This document shows, piece by piece, positions 34,121-45,545 of a DNA stretch of 64,000 nt. Where the stretch lies: contig CAWEMM010000009.1 of the NCBI GenBank assembly GCA_963810095.1, positions 320,001 to 384,000 on the forward strand. Direction: 5' to 3'. Source of the DNA: an uncultured Chloroflexia bacterium (GTDB taxonomy: Bacteria > Chloroflexota > Anaerolineae > CG2-30-64-16). The notes below the pieces were generated by a model. The model worked only from the letters and a program-made list of their open reading frames with translations, made no database searches and was not told the DNA's origin. The position numbers and the translations under genes were made by a program. Positions within the stretch are counted from its first letter, which is position 1. Every line of letters begins with the position of its first letter.

Positions 34121-35473
34121 ATGCCTAACAACGAGATTCACGACCTGAGATCATGGCTGCAAGTCCTGGAATCGGCGGGCCAGCTGGCGCGCGTGCGCCG
34201 GGAGGTCAGCCTGGAGCATGAACTGGCAACGGTGGCCGCCGCGCTGGAGCGGCAAGGCGGGCCCGCACCGCTCTTCGAGTGCGTAAAGGAGTCGCCCTGG
34301 CCGGTCTTCGCCTCGAGCGTGGCGAACCAGGAGCGTGCGGCTCTCGCACTCGCCTGTGACAAGAGCCAGGTAATCGAACGCATGCAGAAGGCAATCGATC
34401 CGGCCCAAGGGATCGCGCCCGTGCGCGTTTCGCGGGCTGCGTGGCAGGATAACGTCGTGACGGGCGCCGACGTCGACGTGACGAAGCTGCCCATTCCCAT
34501 CCACGCCGCGGACGACGGCGGCCCGTTCATCACCAGCGGGGTGATCATCAGCAAGGACCCGCTGACGGGGCGCGGCAACCTGTCATACAACCGGATGCAG
34601 GTTAAGGGACCGCAGGAATTTGGCTTCGACCTGAACGAGTGGCGACACGTGCGCCAGTTCATGGACGTGATGGAGGCCAAGGGTGAGGGGCTGCCCGTTG
34701 CCGTCGCCATCGGGCTCGACCCGGCCATCAAGATCGGCGCGGGCGCGCGCTACGATGGGGACGAACTCTACATCGCCGGGGCCATCCGCGGCCGCGGAAT
34801 TGAGGTCTGCCGGGGCGTGACCGTGGACATCGACATCCCGGCCGAAGCCGAGATCGTGATCGAAGGCTACCTCCCGCCCGGCGTGCGCAAGGGCGAGGGC
34901 CCCCTGGCCGAGTTCCACGGCTACTACGGCCGCATCTGGGAGAGCCCGGTGTTCCGGGTCACCGCGGTCTGCTGGCGCAACAACCCCACCTTCGAGACGA
35001 TTATCCCGGGCTGGAACGAGCACGTGTACATCGGCAACGTGCTGCCTCGCGAGCCGCTGCTGCTGAACTTCGTGAAGCACGTGAGCAAGGGCGTGACCGG
35101 GCTGCACCTGGTGCCCTACGGCAGCGGTTTCACGGCCGTTGTCGCCGCAAAGAAGTCGAACCCCGGCGAGCCGAAGAACATCGCGATGGCCGCGTTCACC
35201 GCGCACGTCAACGTGAAGTGGTGCATCGTCGTCGATCCGGACATCGACATCTACAATCCTGCGGACGTGATGTGGGCGCTGACGACCCGCGTCGACTGGA
35301 GCAAAGACATCTTCCTGGTGCCCGGCAGCCAGGGCCACGAGATGGACCCGACCGCCGACACCCGCGGCGTGCACACCAAGATCGGCATCGACGCGACGGC
35401 AGACAAGGGCCGCCGCGAGAACCTGCCTCGCGTGCGCTATCCCGACGTGGATTTGAGCAAGTACCTGGGTTAG
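34121..35473 (+). CDS. UbiD-family (prFMN-dependent) decarboxylase
   Basis: DLRSWL, LPIPIH..DGGPFIT, NLSYNRMQ, AEIVIEG, EGPLAEFHGYY, VVDPDIDI, KIGIDAT. Confidence 0.93.
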   Translation: MPNNEIHDLRSWLQVLESAGQLARVRREVSLEHELATVAAALERQGGPAPLFECVKESPWPVFASSVANQERAALALACDKSQVIERMQKAIDPAQGIAPVRVSRAAWQDNVVTGADVDVTKLPIPIHAADDGGPFITSGVIISKDPLTGRGNLSYNRMQVKGPQEFGFDLNEWRHVRQFMDVMEAKGEGLPVAVAIGLDPAIKIGAGARYDGDELYIAGAIRGRGIEVCRGVTVDIDIPAEAEIVIEGYLPPGVRKGEGPLAEFHGYYGRIWESPVFRVTAVCWRNNPTFETIIPGWNEHVYIGNVLPREPLLLNFVKHVSKGVTGLHLVPYGSGFTAVVAAKKSNPGEPKNIAMAAFTAHVNVKWCIVVDPDIDIYNPADVMWALTTRVDWSKDIFLVPGSQGHEMDPTADTRGVHTKIGIDATADKGRRENLPRVRYPDVDLSKYLG

Positions 35474-35490
35474 TTCGGAGGGGCGAAACG

Positions 35491-35580
35491 GGACGCAGAT
35501 CGAACTGATTCGACGGATCGACCTGATTTCAGCGAGAGATCATGCAGACCGGTCCGATCAGTTCTATCTGCGTCCTATTC
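35491..35580. repeat. Palindromic repeat family C between convergent genes
   Basis: GGACGCAGATCGAACTGATT...GATCAGTTCTATCTGCGTCCTATT. Confidence 0.78.
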
Positions 35581-35584
35581 GATA

Positions 35585-37115
35585 TCAGCCCAGCAATCTG
35601 TTTTGCACGCCGGTCAGCTGGCGGGCGACGCGGTCGGTAAACGCCGAACCGCTCGGCGTAGAGGGGCGTCAGCGCCGTGTTTGGCTCGATGCGGCGCACG
35701 GGCGGCTGCAGCGCGGCGATGCCCGCTTCGATGCTCGCATACACGCCGGCACCCCAGCCGGCCAGCACCGCGGCGCCCAGCGCGGCCCAGCTCGAGTAGC
35801 TGGCAACTACGATGGGCACGTCGCCCACGTCCGCCAGGATCTGCGGCCAGATCGGGCTGCCCGTCGCGCCGCCCGACACCCGCAGCTCGTCCACCGCCAA
35901 CCCGGCCGTGCGCAGGTCTTCCAGGAACCACCGCACCTCGAACGCGCACCCCTCCAGGATCGCCCGGCTCATGTCGGCCCGGGTGTGCGCCAGCTCCAAC
36001 CCCGCAAAGGTCGTGCCCGGCACGCCGTCTGGCCCCTGTATCTGCGAAGAGAGCGGTAGGAACAGCAGGTTGTGACTGCCGGGCTCGCTCCCTGCGAGCG
36101 CCCCGTCGAGAAACGCGTAGAGCTGCCGCTTGTCGTATTGGGCCGCCGGGTCGGCCGACTGCCAGCCGTTCTGCAGCCACCAATCGACAATCGCACCAAA
36201 GCCACCGATGTACTGCGTCACCGTCCAGCGGTTCGTCACCGTGTGGAAGCTGATGTTGAGACCCGAGGGGATCACCGTCCGGTCGGGCCGTTCGGCCGTG
36301 CCCGTGATGGTCCACGCGGTGCCCGTCGAGAGCATGTAGCGCCCGGGGACGATGTTGCCCATCGCCATCGACGCGCAGACCTGGTCCATGCCGCCCGCCA
36401 CGACCGGGGTGCCCGCTGGCAGGCCAGTACGGGCGGCTACGTCAGCAGTGATCGGAGCGATGATCCGTCCCGCCCAGCCCAAGCCGGCCTGCGTGTGCCG
36501 GTCGACGCCCCCGAGCGCACACAACTCCTCATTCCAGCGCCCCTCATTGATGTCCACCAGCAGCATTTCGGCCGCGGCCGACAGGTCGGTGGCGAGAGAG
36601 CCTGTCAGGCGGCGGATGAGGAAGTCCGCCGGGCCGAGGTAGCAGGCGGCCGCGGCATGCACGTCGGGCCGGTTCTCCTTGAGCCATGCGATGCTCGGCA
36701 GCGGCAAGCCGGGGAAGGGGTGCCAGCCGCTGAGCCGGGTGATCGTGTCCGCGGTCCCGTCCGCGTACCACTGCTTCATCAGGGCGTTGCAGCGGGTGTC
36801 GAGCCACGTAATCATCGGGTAGACCGGGTCGCCGTTTGCGTCGGCCGGGATGATGGAGCCGCCCTGGGCCGCGAGCGCGAGTGCGAGGATGCGATAGCCG
36901 GGTCCCTCGCCCGCGGCGGCGGCCAGCTTCGCCAGCACGTCGAGGAGCGCCTGCCACACCAGCTCCGAATCCTGCTCGACCCAGCCCGGCTGGGGCGTGA
37001 GGAAGCCGTAGTCGTGGCTGGCAATGGCGATTTCGCCGCCGGCCGCGTCGAAGAGGATGCCCTTTGTCGATGAAGTGCCGATGTCGATTCCGATGATTGC
37101 GTCGCGCATGGTCAT
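35585..37115 (-). CDS. FGGY-family carbohydrate kinase (xylulokinase-like)
   Basis: [37 protein letters not shown]; the ORF-track C-terminus reads into a repeat, so the true stop is probably near 35585. Confidence 0.9.
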
Positions 37116-37891
37116 GCCCCCTTCAAGACGGCGAGCGCTTCGCCGGCAGTCGCCCCGCCATGTACGATCGCCGCAATAGCAGCGGTCATACGCCGGGGGT
37201 CGTCCGCCTGGAACACGTTACGGCCGATGGCGACCCCGGCCGCGCCGGCCTGCCCCGCAGCCCGGATGCTCTCGAGCATCATTTCGGGCTGGTCCTGGCG
37301 CGCGCCGCCCAGGATCACCACGGGCACGTAACAGGTCTCGACCACCCGATCAAAGGGGGCCGCGTAGGGCACCTTAACCCAGTCTGCCCCTAACTCTGCG
37401 GCCACCCGGGCGCTCAGCGCGATATTCTCGACGGTGAAGAAGGCCGGTCCAGCGTCAAAACCGCCCGGCTGCATCTCTGCCAGTACGGGTAAGCCCCACG
37501 CGTGCGCCTCTGCGATGACGTGCGCCAGCGTCCGCAGTGTCTCGCGCTCCTGGGGCGTGCCGGGAAACGCCGAGACCACGACCGCGTCCGCGCCAATGCG
37601 CAGGGCATCCTCCACCGTGTAGAACTGGGCCCCCGGGCCCGATGCACCCAGCTTCGTCCCCCCGCCGTCTAGCCGCACGATCAAGCCGGCAGGGGCGAGT
37701 TCGTCGGCGAAGCGGGTGGCCACGCCGAAGCTCGTGAGAATGGCGTCCGCGCCGCCTGCAACAATTTGGCGTAGCGTGTCGCCCGGTCGTTCGATGCCAG
37801 GGATCGGCCCGTCGATCAATCCGTGATCGAATGCGACGATGACGGCTCGGCCGTCAGCGTTGAAAATGCGGCGTATGCGACGATTGAACAC
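37112..37891 (-). CDS. DhnA/LsrF-type class I aldolase
   Basis: [18 protein letters not shown] Schiff-base Lys, [16 protein letters not shown]. Confidence 0.9.
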   Translation of the reverse strand: MFNRRIRRIFNADGRAVIVAFDHGLIDGPIPGIERPGDTLRQIVAGGADAILTSFGVATRFADELAPAGLIVRLDGGGTKLGASGPGAQFYTVEDALRIGADAVVVSAFPGTPQERETLRTLAHVIAEAHAWGLPVLAEMQPGGFDAGPAFFTVENIALSARVAAELGADWVKVPYAAPFDRVVETCYVPVVILGGARQDQPEMMLESIRAAGQAGAAGVAIGRNVFQADDPRRMTAAIAAIVHGGATAGEALAVLKGA

Positions 37892-37933
37892 GTTGCTCCT
37901 CAGGCTTCCTGTGTGAATGCCGGCGCGCGATGG

Positions 37934-38023
37934 TAACCACAAGGAACCAAAGACACGAAGGGACACAAAGCCCTGCCCGCCAACTTGGCGCATCTTTGGT
38001 TCTTCGTGTCTTTGTGTTCTGTT
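37934..38023. repeat. Palindromic repeat family B
   Basis: AACCACAAGGAACCAAAGACACGAAGGGACACAAAG...CTTTGGTTCTTCGTGTCTTTGTGTT. Confidence 0.8.
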
Positions 38024-38054
38024 AGCAGCCATCTTCTATAGGAGACCTCTCCGC

Positions 38055-38819
38055 CTACCGGGGGCCCGCTTCCAGCACCCGCAGGCCCGCGTCGACCGGC
38101 AGGAGGATGCCGGTGATGTAGCTCGCTGCAGGCGACGCGAGGAAGACGGCCGCGGCGGCCAGTTCCTCCGGCTCGCCGTAGCGCTTGAACGGAATGAACC
38201 GCTCGAGCTCGGCCGCGACGGCCTCGGGCATCTTGCCCAGAAGCATTTCGGTGCGGAAGAGGCCGGGCGCGATCGCGTTGACGCGGATGTGATAGGGCGC
38301 CAGGTCGAGGGCCATGGCCTTGGTCAGGCTTTCCAGGCCGCCCTTGCTCGCCGCGTACGCGGTGCGCCCCGGGATGGTCTGCTGGGCCAGGATCGAGGTG
38401 ATGTGGATGATCGCGCCCTGCTGCCTGGGCGCCATGCGCCGGGCGACGAGTTGGCTCAGGTAAAACACGCCGCGCAGGTTTGTGTTCAACACCTTGTCCA
38501 GGTCGTCGAGATTGACATCCAGGAAGCGGTTGTGATCGACCGCGCCCGCGTTGTTCACGAGCACGCCAATGGGGCCGATGGCTTCGGCCGCGGCGACCAT
38601 CCGCTCGCAGTCTCCTGTCTGGCTGACATCCGCCTGGCACGGAGTGGCCAGGCCGCCCGCGGCCGCGATTTCGGCAACCGTCTCGGCTGCGCCGGCTTCG
38701 TCTGCCCGGTAGTTCACGATCACGTGCGCGCCCCGTGCGGCGAACGCCTTGGCGACGGCTCGCCCGATTCCCCGGGAGGCGCCGGTGACCAGTGCGACGG
38801 CGCCCGTAAACTCAGCCAT
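38055..38819 (-). CDS. SDR oxidoreductase (FabG-like)
   Basis: TGASRGIG, NNAG, YAASK, RVNAIAPG. Confidence 0.9.
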   Translation of the reverse strand: MAEFTGAVALVTGASRGIGRAVAKAFAARGAHVIVNYRADEAGAAETVAEIAAAGGLATPCQADVSQTGDCERMVAAAEAIGPIGVLVNNAGAVDHNRFLDVNLDDLDKVLNTNLRGVFYLSQLVARRMAPRQQGAIIHITSILAQQTIPGRTAYAASKGGLESLTKAMALDLAPYHIRVNAIAPGLFRTEMLLGKMPEAVAAELERFIPFKRYGEPEELAAAAVFLASPAASYITGILLPVDAGLRVLEAGPR

Positions 38820-39792
38820 TCCCGTTGCCTCCGGCTTTGCCGCCGAAGAACGAGCGTTTCAGCACGGCCACGTCGACATGGCCGGCCGAAAAGGTGCGGC
38901 CGGTGGTCAGGTTCGTCATGTGGAGCACGGCAGGGCGTGTGCATGTCGGCAGGGATCGCGTGGAAGTCGTAGTTCGCTTCCTGGTAGAGCTGCGAGAACG
39001 ACTTGCCGCCGATGCGGGAGGCCGAGGTGACGATTGCAGGCACGACCTGGGCGAGCAGGTCGTCCGTCCGCCTCGACGTACAGGCTCACCTCGCCGCCAT
39101 AGATCAGCGCGTCGTTGATCCGCCCGAACGAAGTCAGCTCGTCATGGGTCAGGGGGGGGATGGGCGCGACGCAGGAGGCGAAGCGGATGCAGCGAAGGTC
39201 GAACTCGGCCAATGCCAGCCGGTGCATGGTGAGTTCCACCACCGCGGGCAGGCACCTGCACGGTCGAGATCAGGCACGCGTGCTTGGAAGCGAGGATGTA
39301 CAGGTTCTCTGGCTGCAAGCCGCACGCGTCGGCCATCTTCTGCGCCATTTCCTCGGTGACCGGGCGGGTCATCTGCACGGTCACGACGCCCTCGTGATAG
39401 CGGTCCCGGTAGCTGATGTAGTCGAAATAGTGGTCGGGCTCGTGGTTGAGCGCGCGGGCCGGGCCCGAGAGCACGGGCGCGTCCGGTTCCTTCGCAAGGA
39501 CCCAGCCCGCCACCTGGCACCCCATGCAGGCTTCGAGCGCTCGGTTGACCATGACGCGGACGCCGGGCACCCGGATGTCGCCGAGGGGGAAGCTCTCGTA
39601 GCTGACCTCGGCCAGGTTACCGAGAGTCACCCGCGTGAAATACTTGGCCGCTTCCCAGCTGCCCGGCGCCTTCTGCCCCATGTCGATGAGCGTCGCACCA
39701 TTGGGGAAGTGCGAGACCTCGACCCCCAGCGCCTCGGGCGCGGCGAGGATCTCCCGGATCAGTTTCATGGTTTCGGCGTTGACACTTAGCAT
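38812..39792 (-). CDS. mch: Methenyltetrahydromethanopterin cyclohydrolase homologue #1 (frameshifted)
   Basis: MLSVN..., GATLIDMG, CQVAGW, SGPARAL, VQVPARVVE, APIPP, GRINDALIYGG, ...KRSFFG. Confidence 0.85.
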
Positions 39793-39834
39793 GTGGTCAC
39801 CCCTTTAGTGGTTTCCATGACGAGAGTCAGACGG

Positions 39835-39904
39835 AACCACAAAGGTTCACAAAGGACGATTCCTTCAGCCTTGTGGACCTTCGTGGCTTGGTGTCTTTGT
39901 GGTT
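39835..39904. repeat. Palindromic repeat family B overlapping the E2-catalytic gene 3' end
   Basis: AACCACAAAGGTTCACAAAGG...CCTTCGTGGCTTGGTGTCTTTGTGGTT. Confidence 0.75.
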
Positions 39905-40605
39905 AGCTTCGCGGTGTCAAGGAGCGTTTCTTGAAGGTCGGCCAGAAACTGGGCCGCGGTGGCGCCGTCGATGAAACGATGGTCGTAGCTGAGGCTGAAC
40001 CACGCCGTTTCGCGTGCCGTAACCTGGCCTTCCCAGATGACCGGCCGCAGCTTCGCCGCGCCGACCAGCAGGACCGCGCTCTCGGGCGGCCGCGGGATCG
40101 GGACGCCCCCATCGACGCCGTACATACCCAGGTTGCTGACGGTGAACGTGCCGCCCTCGATATCGACCATCTTCAGCTTGCCGCTGCGCGCGCGCGCCGC
40201 CCGGTCCTTCGCCGCCTCGTCGATCTCGAAGACTGACAGGGCCTGGCGCGTTGGGGATGACGGCCACGATCAGCCCGTCGGGCACCGCCACTGCCATGCC
40301 GAGATTGACCGGCTCGTAGAGCAGCATCTCGTCTTCCAGCAGTTCGGCGTTCAGCAGCGGATGCTGCGGGAGGTACGCGGCGACCGCGCACAGGATCAGG
40401 CTGTTGAGCGAGACCGGCGTGCCCTCGGCGGCCTGAGTACCGGCGCACGTCCTGCGCCGCCTGCAAGTCCACCTCGCGGCTGATCTGGCTCAGAGCGGCG
40501 GTGGCGACCGCAGCTTTCATGCCGCGCGCCATGGCCTTGCGCACCACGCCGAGCTTACGGGTTTCCCGAACCGGCACCCCGCGGCGGCGAGACCGTCGTG
40601 CCCAC
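39865..40605 (-). CDS. Stand-alone E2 catalytic domain (2-oxoacid dehydrogenase acyltransferase; frameshifted)
   Basis: RKAMARGM, GMAVAVPDGL, GGTFTVSNLG, SYDHRFIDG; no lipoyl or PSBD domain. Confidence 0.82.
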
Positions 40606-40847
40606 TACGCCGCCTCTTCGATGATGCAGATGGGCGTCCCGACGGCTACTTCTTCCGTCCCCTCGGGCACGAGGATCTTGCTCAGCACGCCGCCGACGGG
40701 CGACTCGAGCTCGTTGGTGATCTTTTCGGTCGCAATTTCGACGAGAATCTCGCCTTGGGCCACCGAGTCGCCCTCGGCCTTGCGCCAGGCGCCAACGGTG
40801 CCCGAGTCCATGGTCAGGCCCCACTTGGGCATGATCACTTCAGTCAT
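40605..40847 (-). CDS. Stand-alone lipoyl-domain carrier protein
   Basis: MTEVIMPKWGLTM...EIATEKITNELESP...EEAA*. Confidence 0.85.
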   Translation of the reverse strand: MTEVIMPKWGLTMDSGTVGAWRKAEGDSVAQGEILVEIATEKITNELESPVGGVLSKILVPEGTEEVAVGTPICIIEEAA

Positions 40848-40910
40848 GACGGAATCCTTTCGCGTTTCTCCCTGCCAAGTGCCGCGCACCTTGGAAGATG
40901 CCCCGCACTT

Positions 40911-41888
40911 TCAGCCCGCCATCACTTTGCGGACCGCGGCCTTGATGTCTTCCTTGCCCGGCAGCACGATCTTTTCCAGCGGCACGGAGAAGGGAATGGG
41001 CGTGTCTAGCCCGCACACCCGGGCCACAGGCGCCTTCAGCGACCGGAATGCCTCTTCGGAGATGACCGCGCTGACGTCCGACGCCAGGCTGCCGATCTTG
41101 GGCGCTTCGTTCGCCACGACCGCACGGCCCGTCTTGGTCACCGACTCCAGCACCGTCTCCGTATCCCAGGGGCGCAGGGTTCGGAGGTCCACAACCTCCA
41201 CCGAGATACCTTCCGCCGCAAGCTCGTTGGCCGCGGCCAGCGCTTCCTGCGTCATGCGCAGGGAGCCGACGACGGTGACGTCGGCGCCTTCACGCGCCAC
41301 GTTCGCCTTGCGCAGCGGCACCGTGTACTTCTCGTCGGGCACCTCGCCTTTGATGCGGTAAAGCGCCTTGTGCTCGAGGAAGAGGACCGGGTTGTCGTCC
41401 TCGATGCTGGCGATCATGAGCCCCTTCGCGTCGTAGGGCGTGGCCGGCCCAACGACCACCAGGCCGGGCACGTTCATAAACCAGCCTTCGACCGACTGCG
41501 AATGGTGTGGGCCGCCGCCGAAGCCGCCGCCCGCCGCGGTGCGCACGACGATCGGCGACTTGAATTGGCCGTCGAACATGTAATGCATCTTGGCCGCGTT
41601 GTTGACAAGCTGATCGTAGCACGTCGTCAGGAAGTCGGCGAACATGATCTCGGCGACCGGGCGCATACCCACCATCGCCGCGCCGACCGCGCTGCCGACG
41701 ATGGCCGCCTCGGACAGCGGCGTGTCGCGCACCCGCTCGTCGCCGTACTTGGCCCACAGCCCCTTGGTCACGCCGAAGTCGCCGCCCATGCGGCCGATGT
41801 CTTCGCCGAGCAGGAATACCTTGTCGTTCTCGGCCATCATCAGGTCGAGCGCGTTGTTCAGTGCCTGGACGAGGGTCATGGTCTTCAT
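40911..41888 (-). CDS. TPP-dependent dehydrogenase E1 beta #2
   Basis: GEDIG, DTPLSEAAIVG, EIMFADF, HHSQS, FLEHK, DLRTLRP. Confidence 0.93.
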   Translation of the reverse strand: MKTMTLVQALNNALDLMMAENDKVFLLGEDIGRMGGDFGVTKGLWAKYGDERVRDTPLSEAAIVGSAVGAAMVGMRPVAEIMFADFLTTCYDQLVNNAAKMHYMFDGQFKSPIVVRTAAGGGFGGGPHHSQSVEGWFMNVPGLVVVGPATPYDAKGLMIASIEDDNPVLFLEHKALYRIKGEVPDEKYTVPLRKANVAREGADVTVVGSLRMTQEALAAANELAAEGISVEVVDLRTLRPWDTETVLESVTKTGRAVVANEAPKIGSLASDVSAVISEEAFRSLKAPVARVCGLDTPIPFSVPLEKIVLPGKEDIKAAVRKVMAG

Positions 41889-42860
41889 CGGGACGCAACC
41901 TCCCAGCCGACGTACACGTTGGCAGTCGCCTTGACCGGGTCGGGCTGCGGGCTCTGCATCGCGAAAGCGATCCAGCTCTCGACCAGCGCGTCGATCTCGG
42001 TCTTGATCTGGTTCAGCTCTTCCTCGGTGGCAATCGCCTGCGGCAGTCATGCGCTGCCGGGCCAGCATGATCGGGTCGTGCTCTTCGCGGAAGTAGCTTC
42101 ACCTCGTCCGCGGGGCGGAACTCGCCGCTGAACAGGCCCTGCCAGCGCCAGGTCTTGTATTCGACGAAGTACGGCCCCTTGCCGGCGCGGATGTGGGCCA
42201 CGGCCTCTTCGGTCGCCCGGTATGCGGCTGCGATGTCGTTGCCGTCGACCTGGACCGCAGGGATGCGGTACGCGGCGGCGAACTCGCACAGGTCACTCGT
42301 GGCGTGGCTGAACGCGACCGGGGTGGAGATGGCGTAGCCGTTGTTGACGCAGCAGTAGAGCACCGGCGCCTTCCACGTGCTCGCAAGGTTCATGCTTTCG
42401 TGCCACTCGCCGCGGCCCGAGGTCCCGTCGCCAACGATCACCGCCGCGACGCGGTCCGTCCCCTGCAGCTTCCAGCCCAGCGCCGCGCCCAGGGCCGTCA
42501 CCATCATCGACCCTTCGACGGCGTTGTTGCCGAAGTTGCCCACCGACGCGTCGGCGGAGTGCAGCGAGCCGCCTTTGCCGCTGCAAACGCCCGTCGCCGG
42601 CCGAACAGCTCGGCCATGATGCGCTCGCCGGGTGTGCCCGCGAGGATCAGCAGGCCGTGACAGCGGTGGTCGGGGAAGAAGCAGTCGGTGTGCTGCAGGT
42701 TCGCAGCGATGGCCGCCTGCGTCGCCTCCTGGCCCAGCCCGGTGTGGAGCATGCCGGGCACGTTGCCGCGTTTGAACTCGCGCTCCAGGCCGAGCTCAAA
42801 CGCCCGGACCCGGCACATGTCGCCATAGAGCTTGATTGCAAGTTCGGGATTCAAATCCAT
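41885..42860 (-). CDS. TPP-dependent dehydrogenase E1 alpha #2 (frameshifted)
   Basis: PGMLHTGLGQEA, DHRCHG, GGSLH, GDG...VNN, VDGND. Confidence 0.88.
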
Positions 42861-42874
42861 GGAGCCCCTCCTGT

Positions 42875-43937
42875 TTATGGTACTCCGAATGATGCAATGG
42901 CCTCGGCAATGATCGGGTAGCTGATCTGCCAGCGATCGAGTGGTACGTTCTCCGAGACCTGGATCTGCAGGCGGCCCGTGTGTCCGGCCGCAGCGAGGAT
43001 TTCGTCAGCCGCCGCCCGGATGACTTCGGGATCCGCAAGGTGTACGGAGCCGGGGAAGTTGACCCACAGCCGCTTTTCGGGCCACATAGCGGCCGCCTCG
43101 GCGACCGAGGTGTCGCAGTCGGGCAAAGGCGTGAAGGAGTCGAGCCCGCCGACCCCCGACGTGCCGATTTCCTTCCACAGCGGTTTCAGCATGCCGTCCA
43201 TGTGGACGTAAAGCGGCCTGCCGGTTTCGGCGAGCAGGTCGGCCAGCTCGTTGTAGAGCGAGGCGCAGTATTTCCGGAACCGGGCCGGTCCGATAGCTGG
43301 CGCAGTGATGTTGTCGGGGATGTCGATGTAAGGGGCCGGCGACAGGCGGGCGATCTCGAAGATCTGCCGCGCCCGGCGCACCAGCAGCTCAATCGTGTGC
43401 TCCACGTGGTCGGGCCAGTCGGCCAGGTGCCAGGACAGCGGCCCGAGGCCTACCCACTCAACCCAGAGCTGCTGCCAGGGCGTGCGCTCGCACTCGGCCT
43501 TCGGGAAACCGTCGTCGCCGAGCTCGGCACAATCCTCGAAAGTACTGCTCGTAGTTGTCGTGAACGGTCGAATCCTCCAGATAGCTCCAGAGGATTTCGT
43601 ATTCCTTGCGGGTTTCGATGAAGTGCTTCCGCGCGGTGGAACTGTCAAAGACGGGTTCGAATGCGCGTAACTCGACGAGGTCGCCCTTGGGCGTGTGCAG
43701 CGTGTTCCGCTGCCACTTGGCGCCTGCTTCGTGGAAGAACTCGCTTTCCCACGCACAGTTGGGGTGTTCGATGCGGTAGATGGGCCGATACCGGATGAGG
43801 CCGATGTTGCCGTGTCCGAGCAGGTCGAAGGCCTCCTGGGGCGGGAACATAATGTCGTACATCGCAAAGGGAACGCGGTCCATCTCGCGGCCCTGGACGA
43901 CCGCCAGCATGCGTTCGCGCATCGTCATCGTCTTCAT
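42875..43937 (-). CDS. Uroporphyrinogen decarboxylase/MtaA-CmuA superfamily protein (frameshift near 43535)
   Basis: MTMRERMLAVVQGREMDRVPF N-terminus, FRKYCASLYNEL, YVHMDG, ENVP C-terminus. Confidence 0.7.
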
Positions 43938-44037
43938 TTGCGCACCCCTGGGCTAGTAGCGGAGCGGCAGCGGGCTTCGCCTGCGGAAGTCCTGCCCAAC
44001 AGATGTAGGTCAGTGGTGGCCAGAATTATCACGCGCC

Positions 44038-44133
44038 ATGTTAGCACGGGCCCTGCCGCTTGTCAAGCGATGGTTTACGAGGGGCCAGTTTTTCCGGCTA
44101 CCAGTTGACAAGGCGCCTTAAGTCTGCTATTAT
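44038..44133. promoter_or_regulatory. Divergent promoters with palindrome variant TGTCAAGCGATGGTTTACG (44061-44079)
   Basis: - strand TTGACA-17-TAACAT; + strand TTGACA(44105)-17-TATTAT. Confidence 0.72.
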
Positions 44134-44326
44134 CCCCCCGGTGACGCCTAAGGAACCTCCAGCCACTCCCGGCGGCGTCGCGACTTGGCCAGTCCACCAC
44201 CAGTCGGTCACCGTTTCGCAAAAGATCGGAGGACGCCCTACACGATTTCGCCTTCTTCGGCCCTAAGTTCGGACGAACCCGCACTGTCGACAAACAAACC
44301 TACATCTGTGAGTCACAGGAGGAAAG

Positions 44327-45385
44327 ATGGCATCTCGTCGCTTTTCGATCACGTTGCTTCTTGTCGTAGTTGCATCGCTCGTGCTGTCTGCGTGCGCCCC
44401 CGCAGCCGCACCCGCCCCCGCTGCGGCCCCCACTACGGCCCCGGCTGCCGCGGCTAAGCCCTTCAAGATCGGCCTGGTGCATCCCAGCCCGATCACCGAC
44501 TCCTGGAGCGGCCTGGCGTGGGCCGGCCTGAAAAGGCCAAGAACGACCTGGGCGCCGAGATCGCCAACGTCCAGGTGGGCGAGCCGGCCGGCTTCGAGAA
44601 AGCCTTTAGCGACTTCGGCGCTCAGGGCTACGACGTCGTCGTGGGCCACGGTTTCCAGTACAACGACGCGGCCGCCAAGGTCGCCCCGCAGTTCCCCAAG
44701 ACCTACTACGTCATCATGAACGGCAGCAGCACAGGCCCCAACCTGACCGGCATCAACACGATCCCGGGCTACGTCCAGATGATGTACGTGGCCGGCATGG
44801 CCGCAGGCAAGATCTCCAAGACCCACCAGTGCGCAGCGTTCACGCTCGAAATGCCGGCGACCAAGCTCCCCATGCAGGGCTTCGTGCAGGGCTTTGAGAG
44901 CGTCGCCGGCAACAAGTGCAGCCTCGTTACCCTGAACGACCAGAACGACGTAGGGGCGGCCAAGGAAGCGGCCTTGCAGGCCATGAACGACGGCGCGGAC
45001 ATCATCACCGCGAACGCCAACCTGGCCGGCTCGGGCGTGTGGCAGGCCGTGAAGGACAACGGCGCGGACAAGGTCTATGCGGTCGGCACGGTCGGCGACG
45101 TGAACGAACAGGCCCCGAAGAACATGCTGTTCAGCGCCACGCAGGACGTGCCCATGTCCATCTTCAACGCGGTCAAGGCGATCAAGGATGGCACGATCAA
45201 GCCCGGTTCGGGCATCGAGCTGCGCTTCGAGAACAAGGGCGACGAGGCCGCGTACCCCATCGCTGTGGAACTCCAACGTCTCCACCTCGGTCATGACGCC
45301 TGAGCTCAAGGCTGAGATCGAGGCCAACCTGAAGAAGATCCAGACCGGCGAGTTGAAGGTTCCCGAAATCTGGAAGCAGCAGTAA
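44327..45385 (+). CDS. BMP-family ABC transporter substrate-binding lipoprotein (frameshifted)
   Basis: LSAC lipobox plus Ala/Pro linker, PSPITDSWS, GYDVVVGHGFQY, YVAGMAAG, GADII; AGGAGG RBS. Confidence 0.88.
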
Positions 45386-45408
45386 CTTCCAGGCGGACGA
45401 AGACTCTT

Positions 45409-45497
45409 CACCACAAAGGCACGAGGACACTAAAGGTTCACGAAGCGTTTGGTGCATTGGCTGTGTGAACCTTTGAGCCTTGGTGCCTTAGTGGTGA
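45409..45497. repeat. Palindromic repeat family B
   Basis: CACCACAAAGGCACGAGGACACTAAAGG...CCTTGGTGCCTTAGTGGTG. Confidence 0.78.
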
Positions 45498-45545
45498 AGA
45501 GCCGACACGAGTTGAGATCCATCCGGGGAATATGAGCATGCCCAC

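Noticed and set aside
44134-44326. Purine riboswitch upstream of the BMP transporter
   Set aside because: The conserved purine aptamer core sequences are not visible by eye; an Rfam search would settle it.
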